Of a DNA stretch of 64,000 bases, positions 9,212 to 18,023 are shown in pieces (position 1 is the first letter of the stretch; the number at the start of each line of letters is the position of its first letter). Both the position numbers and the translations under genes were made by a program. The DNA lies in assembly GCA_965224245.1 (NCBI GenBank), contig OZ245046.1, positions 5,440,001-5,504,000 on the forward strand, read 5' to 3'. The notes below the pieces were generated by a model. It ran no database searches. It was not told the origin of the DNA and saw only the letters and a program-made list of their open reading frames with translations. This DNA comes from Candidatus Eiseniibacteriota bacterium. GTDB taxonomy: Bacteria > Eisenbacteria > RBG-16-71-46 > CAZAMP01.

Positions 9212-10370
9212 CACCGTCGCCTGTCGGGCCGGCCGAAGCCGCGGCGGTCACCAGCGTCAGATCGTCGTCGGCCGGCCGGCCGGCCAGGAAGCCTCGAACG
9301 GCGTCCAGCACGTCGTCCAGGAGCGCCCCGCCCCGATCGGGTGCGCGACGCGCCCACGTGGTCGCGACCTCGACGAGCCGATCGTGCCCGAAGATCTCGC
9401 CGTGCGACTCGGCCTCGGTGATCCCGTCGGTGTAGAGGAGGATGCGGCTCTCGGGCGTCCAGCGGGCGGACGTGGCCGTCCAGGTGGCGTCCGCCAGGGC
9501 CGGAGACAGCGGAAGTCCGTTCGCGTCGAGGAGCCTCGGCTCTCCGTCCGCGTCGAGCAGCAATCCCGGTGGATGCCCGGCGTTGACGTAGTCGATCCGA
9601 CCCTCGCCCGGCGTGACCCGGATGCAGATCGCGGTGAGGAATCGATCCAGCGCAAACGGTCGCAGCGCGACCGCGATGCGCCCGACGATGTCCTCGGGGT
9701 CGTAGCCGCCGGGTCTCGATGCGTGAAACGCGGACTTCACGATGCCGGTCAGCATCGCCGCCGACGCGCCGTGGCCCGACACGTCGGCGATCATCAGCGT
9801 GGCCCGGCCGCCCTCGCCGGAGGCGAACTCGTAGAAGTCGCCCCCGAGCTCGTCGCACGGCTCGAAGCGCGCGTGAACGTCCAGTCCGCCCACGTGGGCC
9901 TGATCGGGTGGGAGCATGCTCTGCTGGAAGGCCCTGGCGTCTGCGACCTCCTGCTCGAGTCGCTCGACGTAGCGCGCGTTCAGATCCGCGAGGCGCCGGA
10001 GCTCCAGGCAGCGCTCCACCAGCGCCAGGAGCACGTCCCGATCGAACGGCTTCTGGACGAAGTAGAACGCGCGCTCGCGGATCGCGCGGATGAGCTGTGA
10101 GTCGAGCTCGTTCACGACGCCGGTCATGAAGATCACGTCGAGCTCCGGGTCGACGTCCCGCAGCCGGGACATGAGCTCGAAGCCGTCCATGTCGGGCATC
10201 CGGATGTCGAGGATCGCCAGGTGCGGTCGGACCTCGCGGGCGATCGAGATCGCCTCCTCGGAGGAGCGGGTCGCGAACGCGGCATACTGACCCTCGAGAA
10301 TCCGCCGGACCGCGTGCACCATCGCGGGCTCGTCGTCCACGACGAGGATCCGCGGGCGATTGGGACTCAT
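9198..10370 (-). CDS. Response regulator with PP2C/SpoIIE phosphatase output (RsbU-like)
   Basis: ILVVDDE, ILDIRMP, VQKPF; GGDFY, ADVSGHG, NAGHP, YTDGITE, DDLTL. Confidence 0.93.
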   Translation of the reverse strand: MSPNRPRILVVDDEPAMVHAVRRILEGQYAAFATRSSEEAISIAREVRPHLAILDIRMPDMDGFELMSRLRDVDPELDVIFMTGVVNELDSQLIRAIRERAFYFVQKPFDRDVLLALVERCLELRRLADLNARYVERLEQEVADARAFQQSMLPPDQAHVGGLDVHARFEPCDELGGDFYEFASGEGGRATLMIADVSGHGASAAMLTGIVKSAFHASRPGGYDPEDIVGRIAVALRPFALDRFLTAICIRVTPGEGRIDYVNAGHPPGLLLDADGEPRLLDANGLPLSPALADATWTATSARWTPESRILLYTDGITEAESHGEIFGHDRLVEVATTWARRAPDRGGALLDDVLDAVRGFLAGRPADDDLTLVTAAASAGPTGDGASGS

Positions 10371-10440
10371 GGGTGCTCCTGGGGCTCGAGGACGCGTCGC
10401 GCCGGGACCGATCTTCTCCGCCGCCGGCGGGCGTCCGGGT

Positions 10441-12165
10441 TCATTCGTCCTCGTCGGTGACGGGGTCGCGGCGATCGGCGCGTGGCAGACGGACCGACAC
10501 CGTGGTGCCCAGGCCCGGCTTCGAGTCGAGCTGGATGTCGCCACGGACGCGCCAGACGATGGTCTGACACGTCGGCAGGCCGAGCCCGCTCCCCGTCGGT
10601 TTGGTGGTGAAGAACGGCTCGAACACGCGGGCGAGGACCTCCCGATCGATCCCCGGACCGGTGTCGCGAAGCCGGATCGTCACGTCGAGCTCGCCGACGT
10701 CGGCGGCGATGTGCAACGTGCCGCCGTGAGGCATCGCGTCGCGCGCGTTGGTCGCCAGGTTCAGAAGCAGCTGCTGGAGATCGCCGGGATTGCTCCGGAC
10801 CGACGGCGTGTCGTCGGCGATCGCGAGCTCGGTCCGGATTCTCTGTCGCTTCAGGCTGTCCGAGAGCACCGACAGCATGCTCTCGGTGGCCCGCGCCACG
10901 CTCGCCTCGCCGACGGTCTGGGCCGCGCCCCGCGCGAACGACAGCATGCCGCCGAACACGCGGCGGCAGAACTTCAGCGCCTGCTCGATCTGCATCAGAT
11001 CCTCGGCCAGGAGACCGGGATCCACCCGTCCCTGGGCCAGATCCTCCCGGATCTGCTGCGTCAGGGGCAGCGCGGCCCCCACCGCATTGTTCACGTCGTG
11101 GGAGACGCTTCTGGCGAGCGTGGCCAGCGCCTCGCGCTTCTCGGCCTCGAAGATCCGGAGCTCCAGGGACTCGGCTCGCTGCGCATTGCGGAGCGCGATG
11201 ATCGCATCGGGCACGAACGAGCGAAGGAGGTCGATCTCGTACGCCCCGAACGAGCCCGGATGCAGCCCCGCGATCTTCAACACGCCCAGGACCTCGTGCC
11301 GCGTGACCAGCGGTGCACAGATCATCGATCGTTCCCGGGGGCCCGGCGGTGAGCCGTCCCGGTGGCTGTCGAGCTCGGCGGCCAGGGCGGCGCCGGTGCC
11401 GGTCCACGATCGCCAGGTGTCGTCTTCCAGCGAGAACCCCTCGACGTGTGTGCCGTTGCGCGCGTCGGTGAAGGCGAGCTGTTCGCGGAGGTCGGGGGAG
11501 ATCGACAGCAGGTGCCCGATGCGCCGGCTCTTCCCCTTGGACCAGGCGATCTTCTCCGCCACCAGCTCGAAGCCGCCCTCGCTCGTCATGTACAGCGCCG
11601 AGGAGTGGTCGTAGCGCGTGAGCGAGCGGAGCCCGTCGAGGATCTGGTAGAACAGATCCTTCGGCCGCAGCTGCTCCATGATCTTGCGATCGATGCGTTC
11701 TCGGACCTCGGTGCTCCGCGCCACGTCGACCGCGTGGATGAGCTGGGAAACGTGGCGGGCGATCTGGCTCATGGCGATCTGCTCGCCGGTATCGATCACC
11801 TGATGCCGTGCGCGCACCCCGAGGACCGCCCACGGGCGATCGCGGCGGTGTAGCGACCCCAGGAGCGTGTCGGGAGGGAGCGGCTCGCGCGGGTTCGCGT
11901 GGAAGCGCTCGATCAGACGCAGATCCCAGCTCATGGACTGCGGGATCACGAAGAGAGGCCTCGGCGGCTCGCCGCTGGGGAGCACCTGGAACGCCGCCGC
12001 GGCGTCCGCACCGAAGAAGCCGCGCACGTCCCGCGTGACCGCGCGCACCAGGCGGTTGACGCTTCCCACGTGCTCGAGCTGCTGGGTGACGTCCTCCACG
12101 AACCGGTGCACGAGGAGCTCGAGCTCGGGCGACATGACCACGTCGGGCGTTCGGTTCGGTGCCAT
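10441..12165 (-). CDS. Cytoplasmic GAF-domain sensor histidine kinase
   Basis: H-box SHDVNN, N-box LLNLATNARDA, DTGPGI, FFTTK, GSGLGL; GAF-like segment (MICAPL...LGVL); no TM seen. Confidence 0.9.
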   Translation of the reverse strand: MAPNRTPDVVMSPELELLVHRFVEDVTQQLEHVGSVNRLVRAVTRDVRGFFGADAAAAFQVLPSGEPPRPLFVIPQSMSWDLRLIERFHANPREPLPPDTLLGSLHRRDRPWAVLGVRARHQVIDTGEQIAMSQIARHVSQLIHAVDVARSTEVRERIDRKIMEQLRPKDLFYQILDGLRSLTRYDHSSALYMTSEGGFELVAEKIAWSKGKSRRIGHLLSISPDLREQLAFTDARNGTHVEGFSLEDDTWRSWTGTGAALAAELDSHRDGSPPGPRERSMICAPLVTRHEVLGVLKIAGLHPGSFGAYEIDLLRSFVPDAIIALRNAQRAESLELRIFEAEKREALATLARSVSHDVNNAVGAALPLTQQIREDLAQGRVDPGLLAEDLMQIEQALKFCRRVFGGMLSFARGAAQTVGEASVARATESMLSVLSDSLKRQRIRTELAIADDTPSVRSNPGDLQQLLLNLATNARDAMPHGGTLHIAADVGELDVTIRLRDTGPGIDREVLARVFEPFFTTKPTGSGLGLPTCQTIVWRVRGDIQLDSKPGLGTTVSVRLPRADRRDPVTDEDE

Positions 12166-12289
12166 CTCGGCAGTCCTCGGGCTCGAGACGCGAGCGCGGA
12201 CCGGGGACGGACTCGATCGACGCGCTCGGAACGGCTGCGAGGCGACGATGATACGTCCCGAGCCATCGGGCGTCCATGCGGGCGCGGCG

Positions 12290-13657
12290 TCAGTCCCTCG
12301 CGAACAGGCCCCACCGCCGAACCGCGCCGGCCAGCGCCAGCCCGTACGCCGGCGCGTAGACGGCCACCGAGCGCCACGGGCGAGGGTCCCAGACCCCGAT
12401 CGTGTAGTAGTCGATCACGACGAGATCGACGATCGGCATCGCCACGACGAGTGCGAGCAGCCCCGGATCGGGCCGGAGGACGAGGAACGGCACGAGCCAC
12501 AGGAGGTACCAGGGATACACGGTCGACGCGCAGGCGAAGAGCACGGCCAGCACGACGAGCGCGCGCCGCGTCACGTCTCCGGTCCGGAACGCCATCGCGA
12601 TCGCCGCCAGCGCGACCACCGAGCCCATCAGCAGCCTGGCCGCGGTGGACGGCATGACGAGATCGGCCAGCGCGAAGAGGCTTCCGTTGAAGAACCAGCG
12701 CCGGGCCATCAGCACGAGGGAGCTGACGAGGTTCTCGCCGGCGCCGACGAAGGGCGCGTAGAGACCCGCCACGACGATCGTCACGCCCAGCACGAACGTC
12801 ACCGACCGGCGGCGTCCGAGCTCCCGGAGGAGCACCGGTGCGATCACGAGCAGGGCCGGCTTGATCAGGAGCGAGCACCCGAACGCGATCCCGGTGCAAA
12901 GACCCCAGCCGACGCGAAGGCCCCGCAACACCAGCGCCACGAACGGCAGCGCGAGTGCCTCGGTGTGGCCGGGCAGGTAGGTCTGCGTCATCACCAGCGG
13001 GAGCCACATCGCGAACAGGATCCGCCGCATCGGCAGCCGACGCGCGCGGAGCTCGGCGGCCAGGAGCCACCATGCCGCCGCTTCGGCCACGAGTCGCAGC
13101 ACGTCGAGCCCCAGGAACGACCCCGGCGACAGCCAGTACGCGACGGCGAAGACGATCTCGGCGAGAGGCGGGTAGACCGTCACGAGGTCGGGATGATTGA
13201 CCGTGGCGCTCCGGCCCGCGTTCTCGACCGTCTCGCCTCCGAGATCATGAGCGCGAAGCTCCTCGAGCGCGGCGGAAGACGGAGGGTAGGCGTACGGGTT
13301 GATGCCGTGGGCGAGCACCTTGCCGTCCCACCGGTAGCGGTACGCGTCGTCCGAGAGATCGTGGTCGGCCGACGCGGACAGGACGCGCAGGGCCACGGCG
13401 ACGGCGACCACGAACGCCCACGACGCGGGCGTGCGCTCGCACCCGCCGTCGGGTGGCCGATCGGCCGGCCCGAGCGGATCGCGTGCGAACGCGATCACGA
13501 CGACCGGCACGCCAAGGAGGACGGATCCGACGACCGAGATCCACACCCAGGTCGCGTAGGACATCCCGAGCACATGCGTCGCGGGTCCGAGCGCGAGCCC
13601 GAGGGCGATCAGTGCGCCACCGGTCGCCCACGTGGCGGCGCGCGCCGGGGTCGTCAC
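12290..13657 (-). CDS. Polytopic GT-C glycosyltransferase (DUF2029/GT87-like)
   Basis: LSDDAYRYRWDG, INPYAYPP, TVYPPLA, VYPWY; many TM helices; GTG overlaps the stop of the upstream gene (GTGA). Confidence 0.8.
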   Translation of the reverse strand: MTTPARAATWATGGALIALGLALGPATHVLGMSYATWVWISVVGSVLLGVPVVVIAFARDPLGPADRPPDGGCERTPASWAFVVAVAVALRVLSASADHDLSDDAYRYRWDGKVLAHGINPYAYPPSSAALEELRAHDLGGETVENAGRSATVNHPDLVTVYPPLAEIVFAVAYWLSPGSFLGLDVLRLVAEAAAWWLLAAELRARRLPMRRILFAMWLPLVMTQTYLPGHTEALALPFVALVLRGLRVGWGLCTGIAFGCSLLIKPALLVIAPVLLRELGRRRSVTFVLGVTIVVAGLYAPFVGAGENLVSSLVLMARRWFFNGSLFALADLVMPSTAARLLMGSVVALAAIAMAFRTGDVTRRALVVLAVLFACASTVYPWYLLWLVPFLVLRPDPGLLALVVAMPIVDLVVIDYYTIGVWDPRPWRSVAVYAPAYGLALAGAVRRWGLFARD

Positions 13658-15201
13658 GCGGGCTGGCGCCCGGCCCTGACGTCGTGCAGGAAGGAGAGCA
13701 CGCCGATGTACGTGAAGCCGATCGCGTGAATCAACAGGAGCGGACTGACGAGGAGCTTCTGCAGCATCAGGTACTGCACGAACGCGGCGGTGGCCCACAG
13801 TCCGACGAAGATCTCGACCAGATAGAGCTTCTGCCCGGGAAGCCGATAGGCCTTCACCCGCGGCGTGGCAGGGCCCGTGGCGTCCGCCGACCGGGTCTGA
13901 CGGCACACCTCGGCCCCCGCACCGAGCTTCGGCGTGCGCACGAACTCGCCGTGCGGCTTGCCGAAAAGAGCCTGAACGACCGCGCGCGTGTTGTTCACGG
14001 CCAGCCCGATCCCGACCGCCATCAGGAACGGCAGGAGCCAGATCGTCCGCCGCCACTGCTCGTTCCGGAGTCGCTGGGAGACGAAGTACATCGACGTGGG
14101 AGCGAACACGGCCAGGAACATCAGCGCGAACGGCACCGCGACCCAGGCCGACCTGAACGTGAAGCGCGTCCAGATCAGAAGCGGCAGCACGAGGATGGTC
14201 ATCACGAGCATCAGGGGGTGCACCATGTAGTGGGTGAGGTGCACCGATGCCTCGAACTTCTTCAGGACATCGATGTCGGGCCGGCGCCAGATCGTGGGCA
14301 GGAGCTTCTTGGCCGTCTGGATCGATCCCTTCGCCCAGCGATGCTGCTGGGACTTGAACGCGTTCACGTCGGTGGGGAGCTCGGCCGGCGTCACCACGTC
14401 GAGCAGGAAGCGCGCGCGCCAGCCGGCCAGCTGCGTCCGGTAGGAGAGGTCGAGGTCCTCGGTGAGCGTGTCGGACTGCCAGCCGCCCGCCTCGTCTATC
14501 GCGCTCTTTCGCCAGATCCCCCCGGTACCGTTGAAGTTGAAGAAGAGGCGATTCCACGATCGGGCCGACTGCTCGATCACGAAGTGCCCGTCGATGCCGA
14601 TCGCCTGCACGCGCGTGAGCGCCGAGAACAGCCGGTTGCGGTGACCCCAGCGGGTCTGGACGAACCCGCAGCCCGGATCGGCCATGAGGTACGGCACCGT
14701 CCGGCGGAGAAACTCCGGAGGCGGCACGAAGTCGGCGTCGAAGACGGCGACCAGATCGCCCCGGCACGCGGTCAGGCCCGCCTGGAGCGCGCCGGCCTTG
14801 TACCCGGAGCGATCGGCTCGTCTCACGTGGTGGATGTCGTGCCCGGCGCGGCGCATCTCGGCGACCAGGCGGGCCGTGACGGCGACCGTCTCGTCGTCGG
14901 AGTCGTCCAGAACCTGGATCTCGTGCTTGTCCGCCGGGTAGTCGAACGCGCAGGCGGCGAGGATCAGGCGCTCAACGACGTTGCGTTCGTTGTAGATCGG
15001 AAGCTGCGTGGTCACCACGGGCAGGTTCTCGTCGGGGACGTCCCGAAGGCGGCGGAGAAGCGCGTCGTCGTCGGCGAGCTGGCGCTCCCGCCGCCGGAAG
15101 AACAGCGCGATCATCACGTAGCAGTTGAGGCCGTAGACCTGGAGAAGGAGCGCCGCGGCCCAGTACAGGACCATCAACGGAACGAGCAGCCAGTCGGACA
15201 C
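13654..15201 (-). CDS. Processive GT2, cellulose-synthase-like (CslA/CslC-type) glycosyltransferase
   Basis: QLPIYNE, QVLDDS, GYKAGAL, FDADF, FNGTGG, TEDLD, QQHRWAKG (QxxRW); TM helices; start set at GTG 15201. Confidence 0.92.
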   Translation of the reverse strand: MSDWLLVPLMVLYWAAALLLQVYGLNCYVMIALFFRRRERQLADDDALLRRLRDVPDENLPVVTTQLPIYNERNVVERLILAACAFDYPADKHEIQVLDDSDDETVAVTARLVAEMRRAGHDIHHVRRADRSGYKAGALQAGLTACRGDLVAVFDADFVPPPEFLRRTVPYLMADPGCGFVQTRWGHRNRLFSALTRVQAIGIDGHFVIEQSARSWNRLFFNFNGTGGIWRKSAIDEAGGWQSDTLTEDLDLSYRTQLAGWRARFLLDVVTPAELPTDVNAFKSQQHRWAKGSIQTAKKLLPTIWRRPDIDVLKKFEASVHLTHYMVHPLMLVMTILVLPLLIWTRFTFRSAWVAVPFALMFLAVFAPTSMYFVSQRLRNEQWRRTIWLLPFLMAVGIGLAVNNTRAVVQALFGKPHGEFVRTPKLGAGAEVCRQTRSADATGPATPRVKAYRLPGQKLYLVEIFVGLWATAAFVQYLMLQKLLVSPLLLIHAIGFTYIGVLSFLHDVRAGRQPA

Positions 15202-15547
15202 GGGAGAGTCCACCCCTCGGTGTGGCCGGGTGCCGGCCTCGAGCATGCGCGCCGGTCGTGCGGCCGACGACGAGCGACGGTGACACCCGGCGTGCCCGAG
15301 GTCAAGTGCTTTGAACAAAAGGGGTTGGCCGTCCCCCCGGTGGTCCGCGACGGGGTCGGAACCGGGCCTTTGCTGATTGGGTTTCAACGGGTTGCGACCC
15401 CGGCTGAGACCGGGCGCCGAGTTGACGGATCTCGCGAGCGGCCGATAGACTCGCGTGATTCCAAACCGCGCGACGCGCGGGCAGCACGCCCATCACCTGG
15501 CACGAGCGACCGCCTCGGTCGGCCGCAAATCAAGGAAACACAACGCG

Positions 15548-17209
15548 ATGGATAGGTACCAACCCCGTGCGACGGTCCGGGTCGCGCTGACGGCCACGGC
15601 CCTCGCCGGCGCGGTCGTCGTGCCGTCCGGGGCGACGCGCATCGAGGGCCGGCTCGTCGGGCACGACGACGCTCCGATGATCAAGGCACACGTCGAGGTG
15701 TTCCGGCCCGTGCGCGAGAGCGTCATCGACATCGTCGAGGTCGGGGAGGATGGCCGGTACGCGATCGAGTTCAGCGCCGCCGGCCTCGTGGTCGCGCGGC
15801 TGGCCGGGGTGGGACACAGCCCGATCTCGCTGCCCCTGGTGGTCGATCCCGACGAGACGATCGAGCTGAACGCCCGCATGGCCACCTACGACTACGCGGA
15901 CTCGCTGTCCGACGTCCACATCATCGGCGACTTCAATCGCTGGTCCTACGACTTCACGCCCAAGCTGAAGCCCGACTTCGGCGGCACGTACTTCTCCGAG
16001 TTCAAGGCCGAGCAGGAGCTGGTCGCGTACCAGGTCCTGGACATCGTGCCCGGTCGGGCCGTCAACGGGAGCGACGCGGTCGACTACCTGTACGACGGCG
16101 GCGGCGACTACAAGTCCGTGATTCGCGTCTACGACGGCATGGCCACCATCACGCTGGATCCGGCCCGCCTGCACCGATCGGACGCTCCCGAGCGCATCGA
16201 TCTGCCCGAGCGACACCAGCTCGCGCTGGCGATGCGTCCGATCTACGAGCGCACGAGCGATCGCCTGGACCGGTTCCTGGCCGCCGTCGAGCGAACGCGT
16301 CGGGTCAGCCGGCCGATCACCGACTTCACCGGGGGCATCCTCGCCGAGCTCGACGGCCTCATCGAGGCCGCCCGGGCCGAGACCGACCCCGAGCTTCGCC
16401 CCGTCCGCCACATGGAGGCGCTCCAGGTCGTTCGGATGGTCCAGACACCGCCCGACGAGGCGTTCATCCGCGAGACCCTGGAAGAGAACCCGCCTAGCTC
16501 GCCGTACTGGTCCTTGACGCCCGAGCTGATGGGCTTCGTGATCAAGTACACCGGCGGCTATCCGGACCGGAAGGACCTCCTGGACGCATTCATCGGGCAG
16601 TCGCCCGATCCCGAGATCCGCCGGATCGCGCTCTTGCGTGGCGTGAACTATGCGATCGACCTCGGGGACGACGTCACGGCGGCGGGCTACCGCGCACAGC
16701 TGGAGAAGGAGTTCCCCACCAGCAGCGAGACCCAGGTCGCCGAGAAGCGGACCGACGCCACGACGGTGGTCAAGGGTAGCCCGATTCCGGCGTTCAGCAT
16801 GGCATCCCTGGACGATCCGGACGTGATCCTGGACAACGAGACCTTCGCCGGGAAGACCTACCTGATCGACTTCTGGGCGACCTGGTGTGCGCCGTGCATC
16901 CGCGAGATGGGCTCGCTGCACGAGGTCTACGACACGTACAAAGATCGCGGTTTCGATATCTTGAGCATCTCGTTCGATCAGAAGGCCGACGTGATCCCCC
17001 CGTTCCGCGTGAAATGGCCGATGCCGTGGCACCACGCGTACGCGGAGAATGCCTTCCAGAGCGATCTGGCCAAGACTTTCGGCGTGATCAGCATCCCCAA
17101 GCCGATCCTGGTCGGCGCCGATGGCACCGTGCTCGCCGTCGGGAACGACCTCCGGGGACACAACCTCGAACACACGTTGGCCGACGCGTTCGGCGTCGAC
17201 GCGCACTAG
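15548..17209 (+). CDS. Exported TlpA-like thiol:disulfide oxidoreductase with large N-terminal extension
   Basis: C-terminal DFWATWCAPC thioredoxin motif and cis-Pro loop SIPKP; signal peptide; AAGGA RBS. Confidence 0.85.
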   Translation: MDRYQPRATVRVALTATALAGAVVVPSGATRIEGRLVGHDDAPMIKAHVEVFRPVRESVIDIVEVGEDGRYAIEFSAAGLVVARLAGVGHSPISLPLVVDPDETIELNARMATYDYADSLSDVHIIGDFNRWSYDFTPKLKPDFGGTYFSEFKAEQELVAYQVLDIVPGRAVNGSDAVDYLYDGGGDYKSVIRVYDGMATITLDPARLHRSDAPERIDLPERHQLALAMRPIYERTSDRLDRFLAAVERTRRVSRPITDFTGGILAELDGLIEAARAETDPELRPVRHMEALQVVRMVQTPPDEAFIRETLEENPPSSPYWSLTPELMGFVIKYTGGYPDRKDLLDAFIGQSPDPEIRRIALLRGVNYAIDLGDDVTAAGYRAQLEKEFPTSSETQVAEKRTDATTVVKGSPIPAFSMASLDDPDVILDNETFAGKTYLIDFWATWCAPCIREMGSLHEVYDTYKDRGFDILSISFDQKADVIPPFRVKWPMPWHHAYAENAFQSDLAKTFGVISIPKPILVGADGTVLAVGNDLRGHNLEHTLADAFGVDAH

Positions 17210-17311
17210 ACGCCGCACACCCCCGCTGCGCGCGCGCACGAGGCGCGCGCGCGGGCATCCGATCTGCCGTTCGTGCGCGCCACCGCCCGCCTGCATCCGC
17301 CCCCCGTCCTT

Positions 17312-17346
17312 TTGACTTGATCGACTTCCGAGGGGCTGGCTAGACT
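17312..17346 (+). promoter_or_regulatory. Candidate sigma70-type promoter of the act-cox operon
   Basis: TTGATC (17317-17322), 18 nt, TAGACT (17341-17346), ahead of GGAGG and ATG 17376. Confidence 0.4.
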
Positions 17347-17375
17347 CCGCCGGCTGTAATTTGGAGGTCGCACGC

Positions 17376-18023
17376 ATGTCGTTTCGATTCCCGCGCTGGA
17401 CGAACACCATCCGTCCAGTGGCTACCGCCGTACTGCTCGGCGCGCCCGTATATGTAATAGGGCTACTGTGGTACGGCTTCTGGCCCACGACACTGGCCGT
17501 CGGCTACCAGCCCTCGCAGCCCGTCCCGTACAGCCACGAGGTACACGCCGGACAGCTCGGGATCGACTGCCGCTACTGCCACACCACGGTGGAGAGCTCG
17601 CGGTTCGCGTCGATCCCGCCCACCGAGACGTGCATGAACTGCCACCACGGCATCTGGACGCAGAGCGAGAAGCTCCAGCCGGTCTTCGAGAGCTACGCCA
17701 AGGGCACGCCGGTCGAGTGGGTTCGCGTGCACGACCTTCCCGACTTCGTCTACTTCAACCACAGCCGTCACGTGAACAGCGGCGTGGGCTGCGTCGAGTG
17801 CCACGGCCGCGTCGACAAGATGGAGGTGGTCTACCAGGATCAGCCGTTGCACATGGGATGGTGCATCGACTGTCACCGCAATCCCGAGCCGCGCCTGCGT
17901 CCGAAGGAGTTCATCACGAAGCTGGACTGGGTGCCCGACGAGGATCCCGCGGTCCTGGGCGCGCGGCTTCGCGAGGAATACAACGTCAATCCGAACGTGG
18001 AATGCTCGACATGTCATCGATGA
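17376..18023 (+). CDS. actA: Alternative complex III pentaheme cytochrome c subunit
   Basis: N-terminal TM; five CxxCH motifs (CRYCH, CMNCH, CVECH, CIDCH, CSTCH); operon position. Confidence 0.93.
   Translation: MSFRFPRWTNTIRPVATAVLLGAPVYVIGLLWYGFWPTTLAVGYQPSQPVPYSHEVHAGQLGIDCRYCHTTVESSRFASIPPTETCMNCHHGIWTQSEKLQPVFESYAKGTPVEWVRVHDLPDFVYFNHSRHVNSGVGCVECHGRVDKMEVVYQDQPLHMGWCIDCHRNPEPRLRPKEFITKLDWVPDEDPAVLGARLREEYNVNPNVECSTCHR

Noticed and set aside
17229-17253. GC-repeat hairpin after the tlpA-like gene
   Set aside because: Simple CG repeats without an adjacent U-tract; weak support as a terminator
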